Shown: positions 48,111 to 64,000 of the stretch, piece after piece
How positions within the stretch are numbered: the first letter of the stretch is position 1
Layout of the letters: each line of letters begins with the position of its first letter
Origin: Macrostomum lignano
Taxonomy: Eukaryota
Assembly: GCA_002269645.1 (NCBI GenBank)
Contig: NIVC01000684.1
Span: forward strand, 186,001-250,000
Direction of reading: 5' to 3'
DNA: 64,000 bases
The notes under the pieces: generated by a model
Seen by the model: only the letters and a program-made list of their open reading frames with translations
The model's database searches: none
What the model was told of the DNA's origin: nothing
Program-made: the position numbers and the translations under genes

Positions 48111-48316
48111 CTCCACGTGAACCCGCAGCTAAAGGAGTTGGATATAAGAAACTTTCTAAAGAATTGGATTAGAAGGTTGGCCATAGACATAGAAAGTGAA
48201 GTCTGAGAAAGTCTTTCGCGTCCTCGGGCTGCTTATTTTGATTTTTTTTTATTTTTAGATGGGGAAAACTACTCGTACTATCGTGTTCCCATAACCCGAA
48301 GCTCCTCGAGGCCATA

Positions 48317-48980
48317 TAACGGGTGTCCCAAAAAAAGGTAACACTTTGTGCGCTCACTGTGAGTGAGCAGTAAGGCCTATAGCACAGTAATTTAACAGGT
48401 CCACAGTAAACATTAGTAAGTTTTTCCCACAAGCATTTGGTTGCGAAAAATTGCTCCAGAGGCGAGTTATTGAGCACAGAAGTGTACGCTAGCTTTTCTG
48501 CCAAGCTTTGCCATACACAGCTGCCATAGACAATCTTTTGCTTTAAAAATTTTAACGTTAGATCAGTCTCAGAGTCTATGCAGGCTCTGTCATTTTTCTT
48601 ACGCAAAAGATTGTCTATGGCCTCCGTCTATGGCAAAGCTTAGCAGAGAAGCTAGCGTACACTTACAAGCTCAAAAACTCAATAACGATTTTTCAAATAA
48701 ACTGCTATTTGACCACACACCGTCTCAGAGTCTATGCTCCTTAAGATTTTTTAAAGCAAAAGATTGTCTATGGCAGCTGTGTATGGCAAAGCTTGGCAGA
48801 AAAGCTAGCGTACACTTCTGTGCTCAATAACTCGCCTCTGGAGCAATTTTTCGCAACCAAATGTTTGTGGGAAAAACTTACAAATGTTTACTGTGGACCT
48901 GTTAAATTACTGTGCTATAGGCCTAACTGCTCACTCACAGTGAGCGCACAAAGTGTTACCTTTTTTTGGGACACCCGTTA
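48317..48980. mobile_element. Long-TIR Tc1/mariner-type MITE, ~664 bp, TIRs ~240 bp
   Basis: 48317-48555 is the reverse complement of 48741-48980 with few mismatches; ends TAACGGGTGTCCCAAAAA; TA flanks. Confidence 0.88.
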
Positions 48981-49579
48981 TATTAATGATCTCTGAAACC
49001 ATGCCATAATTTGATTCATTCGTTTCGTCCTTCTTTCTAGCTTTTGTTTTGCTGTTCCAAATATTTCTGCTTGTGTGCATTGTTCTGTATTATATTTTCT
49101 CTCCATGTAGACAGACTGTCTCGAGGCCTTCAGCTCTTGCCCTATTGGTTGGGCAGTGCAATTAGTATATGAGCTATCAGCAGTGTCCAGCGCCCCCCCC
49201 CCCAATCCCACATCTCCCACAGTCACTTGTTTCTATCTGCCTTATATTGTGGTGCAAGCCCATACAGTAATCGTGAATAGAAGAAATCGAAACCTATCTT
49301 CCTGAACCTGTGAGCAGCGTCTGAAGGTAAGTGAGCGGGAGTCTCCTCTCGATTCCTGAGCTAGAACCTTATCAGCGAGTTGCAGAGTAAAAGCTAGTTA
49401 CAAAAGCATTTTATAAATCATACTCGTAAGTCTTGAAGTTTTTTTTTCGCTTGCTGGTTTTAAATTCGGCTGACTCTCAACTCAAACTTTCACTATTGGG
49501 GCTGGTGCACATAAATCAGATCACAGACTTGGGTGATCGATGGTCACTATGATGTATAGATTTAATAGTTTTGGTGCAG

Positions 49580-50130
49580 AAGATTCGGTGCCATAGATTC
49601 GTAATATTCGGTGCCATAGATTCGTAATATTCGGTGCCATAGATTCGCAATATTCGGTGCCATAGATTCGTAATATTCGGTGCCATAGATTCGCAATATT
49701 CGGTGCCATAGATTTGTAATATTCGGTGCCATAGATTCGCAATATTCGGTGCCATAGATTTGTAATATTCGGTGCCATAGATTTGTAATATTCGGTGCCA
49801 TAGATTAGTAATATTCGGTGCCATAGATTCGTAATATTCGGTGCCATAGATTCGCAATATTCGGTGCCATAGATTCGTAATATTCGGTGCCATAGATTCG
49901 CAATATTCGGTGCCATAGATACGTAAGGTTGGTGCCATAGATTCGTAATATTCGGTGCCATAGATTCGTAATATTCGGTGCCATAGATTCGTAATATTCG
50001 GTGCCATAGATTTGTAATATTCGGTGCCATAGATTAGTAATATTCGGTGCCATAGATTAGTAATATTCGGTGCCATAGATTCGTAATATTCGGTGCCATA
50101 GATACGTAAGGTTGGTGCCATTGATTCGTA
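49580..50130. repeat. 23-bp minisatellite (TTCGGTGCCATAGATTCGTAATA)
   Basis: Tandem copies. Confidence 0.95.
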
Positions 50131-51321
50131 AGGTTCTGTATCATAAATTTTACATTCGTAATGTTCGACAGGTTCTTGATTTTCTCCTTGTAATTGTACA
50201 TTTTTTAACAGCAGCAGTAGCAATAGGCATAGGCTAGAACAATGTCATTCATCCGTGCATCACTCTGTACGGATGCCTCCACAAGCTCATTCCCTCCCTC
50301 TCCCACACCGAATGATTGCGGATCACATCCCGGCTGCAGTGTTCGCCAGATAAAAGCAAATAATATGCACTGGCCATTAGGCATAATTGTTTAATTGAAT
50401 GAGAGCTTCCTGAGATAGGAAGCGCCTGTCCATGTCAGTGCCGGCATCTAGTGACGCGCAGGCTAAGCTGCCGTCAATGCCACACAGTCGCTTATAGAGT
50501 CTGAATTAATCCCTATAGCATTGAGCGCAAGCACTTAAGCTGCTGTCAGGGCAGCATTATATATTTACTGGCTTTACCAAATCAGTCAGTCAGTTCTATT
50601 ATTTAGTGAAAATTTATTCCGGCTGCATTGTCAGTTCAGAGGAGAAAAATAGAGACAGCTATTCAACAATTAGGCTGATGGAATCGAAAATTCGAGGGGA
50701 TTGTTTAAAACGCCTGCGAGCTGTATCAGCACCAATCTTGACTTAGACTGTTCATACACTGGTAATATTAAAAAAATACCCAAAAATCCCGTTTGCGTTG
50801 CCCGAGCGGCAGGTAATTTTTCTCCTCCTTCGATCTTCAGAATCTGTCTTCCTCCCCGCGGCGTCGTCCTTTGATTTCGGACGAATTTAATTTAAGTAAA
50901 ATTTTGCTTTAGCCAATTCTAGAGTAGAGGCCTTTGAGTTTCGACTCAGTATAGGATTTTCTTTTCCCCAAGCCGCTTTTTTCGCAGTCTCCGCCTCATC
51001 TGCCCCCCCCCATTCGCCTCAAGGCAGTTACGAAAAAGCAGCATTGCTAGGGCTGCACATGGCTCTTTCATATTTTCTGTCTGCTGTGTCAGCCCGCGTC
51101 TTGAGCCATTTATCCCAGACACGGGGCGGTAAGAAGTAAAGGGGGTACTCGGATAGGACTAGCTATATAAAGTGGAGCAAAAACTAAATGCCTCTGCCCG
51201 TCAGAGGCTGTCGTATACTTTCTCTCCGAAGCTACACGGCTCAGCACCCTAACATTGGCAACACTGTTGAATTGATTCAGCTAAAGAGCATTCTGACACA
51301 ACAAACACGGACGAAACTTTT

Positions 51322-51552
51322 CACCCTGATACCTGACTTCTGATCCGTCTTACCAGCTGACTTCTGATCCGTCCTACCAGATGACATCTGATCCATCCTA
51401 TCAGCTGACTGCTGATCCATCCTATCAGCTGACTTCTGATCCTCCTACCAGCTGACTTCTGATTCGTCCTATCAGCTGACTTCTGATCCGTCCCACCAGC
51501 TGACTTCTGATTCGTCCTATCAGCTGACCTCTGATCCGTCCCACCAGCTGAC
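51322..51552. repeat. 24-bp minisatellite (CAGCTGACTTCTGATCCGTCCTAY)
   Basis: About 9 copies just upstream of the C2 gene ATG. Confidence 0.9.
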
Positions 51553-51596
51553 ACCACTGCCGCCACATATACTATATAATTAATATTAACTATTAA

Positions 51597-59635
<8,039 letters not shown>

Positions 59636-59859
59636 ATTTTAATCGCGAACACAACGATTAATGCTGTTTGTAAAAATTGCTATTTTGTTTGTTTTATTTT
59701 GCTGTGAAATTTTGCGTATTCTTATAATGAAAAGTAGCACCGTATATTTTTGGTGTACTAACTAAAGTATTCAAGAAAAATGTAAAATCAAAAATGTATT
59801 TAAGGTATTGATAATTGTAAAATTTGGGGTTGCATCTCATATAGTGTGAGATCTCAAAG

Positions 59860-60770
59860 TGAGACATCTCATCCAGTGAGACATCTCATCCAGTGAGACA
59901 TCTCATCCAGTGAGGCTTCTCATCCAGTGAGACATCTCATCCAGTGAGACATCTCATCCAGTGAGGCTTCTCATCCAGTGAGACATCTCATCCAGTGAGA
60001 CATCTCATCCAGTGAGGCTTCTCATCCAGTGAGACATCTCATCCAGTGAGACATCTCATCCAGTGAGACATCTCAGTGGAGACATCTCAGTGAGATATTC
60101 AGTGAGACATCTAAGGAGAGATCTCATAATGAAATTGAGACAGTGAGACATTTATAGTGAGAGATCTCATACAGTGAGACCTATAGTGAGAGATCTCATA
60201 CAGTGAGACATCTATAGTGAGAGATCTCATACAGTGAGACATCTATAGTGAGAGATCTCATACAGTGAGACATCTATAGTGAGAGATCTCATACAGTGAG
60301 ACATCTATAGTGAGAGATCTCATACAGTGAGACATCTATAGTGAGAGATCTCATACAGTGAGACATCTATAGTGAGAGATCTCATACAGTGAGACATCTA
60401 TAGTGAGAGATCTCATACAGTGAGACATCTATAGTGAGAGATCTCATACAGTGAGACATCTATAGTGAGAGATCTCATACAGTGAGACATCTATAGTGAG
60501 AGATCTCATACAGTGAGACATCTATAGTGAGAGATCTCATACAGTGAGACATCTATAGTGAGAGATCTCATACAGTGAGACATCTATAGTGAGAGATCTC
60601 ATACAGTGAGACATCTATAGTGAGAGATCTCATACAGTGAGACATCTATAGTGAGAGATCTCATACAGTGAGACATCTATAGTGAGAGATCTCATACAGT
60701 GAGACATCTATAGTGAGAGATCTCATACAGTGAGACATCTATAGTGAGAGATCTCATACAGTGAGACGTC
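59860..60770. repeat. Compound array: 17-bp (GTGAGACATCTCATCCA) to ~60080, then 31-bp (GTGAGACATCTATAGTGAGAGATCTCATACA) ~60140-60770
   Basis: Two related units in succession. Confidence 0.95.
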
Positions 60771-61133
60771 TCTTGGAACTTTATACATTATGTAGAATTA
60801 GATTCTGTTTTTTTCTTTTTATTTTACATTCCAAATAAAACAGATGACATCATTTGCCGGTAATACAATTATAGCTGATATCGTGCATGATTTATTAGAT
60901 TAGTAAAGTATGTCTTTAGATATAATTAATTAACTAGTTAATCCACGCGTTCTTTGTAAAACTTATCAATTTAGGTCAAAATTACTAGTAGTCAGCCACT
61001 AAGATGGTTTAACTGTTGTCTATTAAATTATATATTGAATGGTATTTTTGTTAAACTATTAAGAACCCGTTTTAAAATATATTGTTCGTTCAAAAATCGT
61101 GCACTCGTATCGTGAACTCGTGTTAATTAATTG

Positions 61134-61399
61134 TAATAAAAAATTCAAAATTAATCAGGAGCTTCAACAAGCTGTAGCTAAAGTATAATAAAAAATTCAA
61201 AATTAATCAGGAGCTTCAACAAGCTGTAGCTAAAGTATAATAAAAAATTCAAAATTAATCAGGAGCTTCAACAAGCTGTAGCTAAAGTATAATAAAAAAT
61301 TCAAAATTAATCAGGAGCTTCAACAAGCTGTAGCTAAAGTATAATAAAAAATTCAAAATTAATCAGGAGCTTCAACAAGCTGTAGCTAAAGTATAATAA
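61134..61399. repeat. 52-bp tandem repeat, ~5 near-identical copies
   Basis: TAATAAAAAATTCAAAATTAATCAGGAGCTTCAACAAGCTGTAGCTAAAGTA. Confidence 0.95.
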
Positions 61400-61761
61400 A
61401 TAATTTATTTCTGGCTGCTATTGAATCCATCAGGTTAGCACAATATTCATCGCATGCAATTGTCTACAAGTGCCTAAAATTGGATTAAAAAAATTTCTAA
61501 TTAAATTCCTGACAAGAAGACTGCAGACCAGTGTTTTTCTCACTGTTAATTGGTCCCTGAAATGGGGCATATCAAGCCTCTGAGTATAGTACCCCATTTT
61601 GGAGGAGGAATTCCCAATACTTGAATTCTTTTAAAAAGAATGATTCTTGCCTTAAAATGAATCAAAATGAATCCAAGTTTAAATTCATCTGCTAATGCTT
61701 CGAAGCATTTGACTGCATAGCAAGGCCGCATGGTTTTGAGAAGGCATAGTCTTTCAGTGTT

Positions 61762-62338
61762 ATGAGTACCTGCGGCGCTAAAATGAGTGCTTGTGGCGCT
61801 AAAATGAGTGCCTGCGGCGCTAAAATGAGTGCTTGTGGCGCTAAAATGAGTGCCTGCGGCGCTAAAATGAGTGCTTGTGGCGCTAAAATGAGTGCCTGCG
61901 GCGCTAAAATGAGTGCTTGTGGCGCTAAAATGAGTGCTTGTGGCGCTAAAATGAGTGCTTGTGGCGCTAAAATGAGTGCCTGCGGCGCTAAAATGAGTGC
62001 CTGCGGCGCTAAAATGAGTGCCTGCGGCGCTAAAATGAGTACCTGCGGCGCCAAAATGAATTCCTGCGGCGCCAAAATGAATGCCTGCGGCGCAAAAATG
62101 AGTGCCTGCGGCGCTAAAATGAGTGCCTGCAGCGCTAAAATGAATACCTGCAGCGCTAAAATGAGTGCTTGTGGCGCTAAAATGAGTGCCTGCGGCGCCA
62201 AAATGAGTACCTGCGGCGCCAAAATGAGTACCTGCAGCGCCAAAATGAGCGCTGACAACACCGATTCTAAAAATAATGTACATGTAGAATTGTCGGCTTC
62301 GCCCCCCCCCCACCATAAAACCCATGGCGACGCCCCTG
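61762..62338 (-). mobile_element. One end of a hAT-like element carrying the 21-bp array (61762-62252)
   Basis: Minus strand starts CAGGGGCGTCGCCATGGG, G-run, AT spacer, then GCAGGCACTCATTTTAGCGCC repeats; other end and TSD not found. Confidence 0.55.
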
Positions 62339-62731
62339 CATTCAATCAAATGCTAATTTTAGAAAAATAGCAAAATACGTGCAGTAGTACCCCAAATCAG
62401 TTGACTAATACCCCATGGGGTATTAATTGGGGTAAAAAAGCCTGCTGCAGACTCAAGTGTTCCAAAGGAAACAGAATACTCTAGAAAGCAAATAGAGTTG
62501 GCTAAGAAACCTTAGTTCTAAATTTAGGTTTAGTTTCCATAATTGGATGGCTGCTAAAAGCGATTTCTTTATCTTGCCTTCCGACAAAAATTCCGACTGT
62601 CTATAGAGGAGGCAAGATGTGCAGGTGTGCGCCACAGAGGTAAGCCGCGGGTGTTTAAAGAGCTTAAAACTGAAGCACTGTTGGGGACAGACACAAGAGG
62701 GGAAGACAGTTTCTGCCACACCCTGTCACTC

Positions 62732-62734
<3 letters not shown>

Positions 62735-62822
<88 letters not shown>
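62735..62822. repeat. (CT)n microsatellite
   Basis: Directly visible. Confidence 0.98.
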
Positions 62823-62826
<4 letters not shown>

Positions 62827-63164
62827 GTCTAACTCGAGCTCTCCCTCCTCCCATTCCTATTTCTCCAGCATCCGCCCCTCATCACTCCTCGCTCTTGTCT
62901 AGCAGTTTCCGAGCGCAGGTTGTCATGGCAACCAGGAAATTCGTCCCCGATAGGACAGCCGGTGCAAGCCCTGTGCGAGTTGCCGGGGGGAAGAGATGCG
63001 CAGCCAAGGACGTACGCAGCAGGGGTTGAGTTGAGAAAGCAGTAGAAATTTCTCGAGCAAAGGTATAGATGGCGATAGCTGGACAGAAAGACAAAGAGAA
63101 TTAGCTGCGATTTTTATACTGAAATCTTAGAGGCAAAGAAGACTACAGAAATTGACTGTTTATC

Positions 63165-64000
63165 ATGACGTCTACTACAGAATTTTGGATTTATTCGAAC
63201 TCTACTACAACTCCGGTGGATAATTTTCGGTTGAAAAGTACAACTAGCAATCTCATTGCTTTCAACGTACTGGTCCTGCCAATGAGTGCCCGAACTCTCA
63301 TTGCATTTTTATTATCCCTGTGCGCTGTGTTCAGTCTCATGGCTAACTGCATCACATGCCATGTTATTCTGCACTCGCGTCGACTACAGAGTACCACTAA
63401 TTATTTTATCATAGCTCTGAGCATTCCAGCACTACTAGTTACAGTGTGCATGGCACTAGTTCTCACCGAGTTGGTAAGCGTCAGATGGCTACTAGGAGTT
63501 GAAGTGTGCAAAATCACTGGCGTATTTTTGCACACATTGTTAAGCTCTAACGCTTTTCTACTAGTGTCAATCATGGTGGACCGGTACTACGCCATAGTGC
63601 TGCCGCAGAGCTTCAAGATCAGCAGGACCAAGGCTAAGAACATGATAGCGGCCAGCTTCGGCAGTGCTCTGGGCCTCTCCCTGCCAATGCTGGCCTTCTA
63701 CGATCAGCTGCGGTGCAGTCCCGGTCACGTGATCTGCGCCTTCTTCAACTCGTTGAACAATTGGACAAGTCTGGCCTTCTACGCCATACCCTACGCACTA
63801 TTGACATTTGTAATGCCCTGTCTAGTGGCCGGTTTGCTGTTCTCCAGAATCTGGGCCTTCGTCTGGACAGTTAACAAGCAGCGCGGCTCGATCAGAGGTC
63901 GGGTACTGCAACGGACAACTAATCACGTGCCCCGGACCAAGATTAAAACGTTCAAACTCATAGCCTCAGTGTCGGCTGTTGACATGCTGGTTATGAGCGT
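63165..64000 (+). CDS. GPR19: G protein-coupled receptor 19-like, open to the window end (3' truncated)
   Basis: Absent from the ORF track (no stop in window); hand translation gives ILHSRRLQSTTNYF, DRYYAIVLPQSFKISRTKAKNMIAAS, RTTNHVPRTKIKTFK, matching recalled GPR19 motifs (SRRTQSTTNYF, SFKVSREKAKKMIAAS, VPRTKVKT). Confidence 0.9.
   Translation, partial: MTSTTEFWIYSNSTTTPVDNFRLKSTTSNLIAFNVLVLPMSARTLIAFLLSLCAVFSLMANCITCHVILHSRRLQSTTNYFIIALSIPALLVTVCMALVLTELVSVRWLLGVEVCKITGVFLHTLLSSNAFLLVSIMVDRYYAIVLPQSFKISRTKAKNMIAASFGSALGLSLPMLAFYDQLRCSPGHVICAFFNSLNNWTSLAFYAIPYALLTFVMPCLVAGLLFSRIWAFVWTVNKQRGSIRGRVLQRTTNHVPRTKIKTFKLIASVSAVDMLVMS

Noticed and set aside
46549-49226. Minus-strand ORFs 46549-46773 and 48978-49226 as upstream PH-FYVE exons
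   Set aside because: No recognisable domain and no phase-consistent splice path established.

Overview
Eukaryotic (animal) genomic DNA, not prokaryotic. The GC-rich exons, minisatellite-filled introns and TE content suggest a free-living flatworm such as Macrostomum; this is inference and cannot be proven from the window. Eight protein-coding loci could be modelled by hand: PARPBP/PARI (5 exons), a divergent intronless class A GPCR, a GAPR-1/CAP-family gene (3 exons), an intronless M6PR/ATG27-like protein, an intronless endosulfine, a PLEKHF/phafin PH-FYVE gene (minus strand, start not found), a SYT15-like tandem-C2 gene (8 exons) and a GPR19 orthologue cut by the window end. Mobile DNA: a full-length but decayed Mag-type Ty3/Gypsy element (5-bp TSD) inside the CAP intron, three hAT MITEs with 8-bp TSDs, Tc1/mariner remnants and MITEs, an EnSpm-like element, a Crypton tyrosine-recombinase remnant, and tRNA-derived SINEs sharing a central domain. 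About 25 unrelated minisatellite/microsatellite arrays account for most long ORF-track entries, which are artefacts. Most notable: (1) sharply bounded CpG-free, TpA-rich blocks with directional C>T/G>A decay visible between TE copies, a methylation- or RIP-like signature; (2) a 21-bp minisatellite that appears to be carried by hAT-like ends; (3) a SINE group with a possible Deu/Nin-like core; (4) a nested Crypton/hairpin/MITE cluster sharing a GCCATAGA motif. No CRISPR, rRNA or bona fide tRNA gene was found. All exon models and counts were made by eye.
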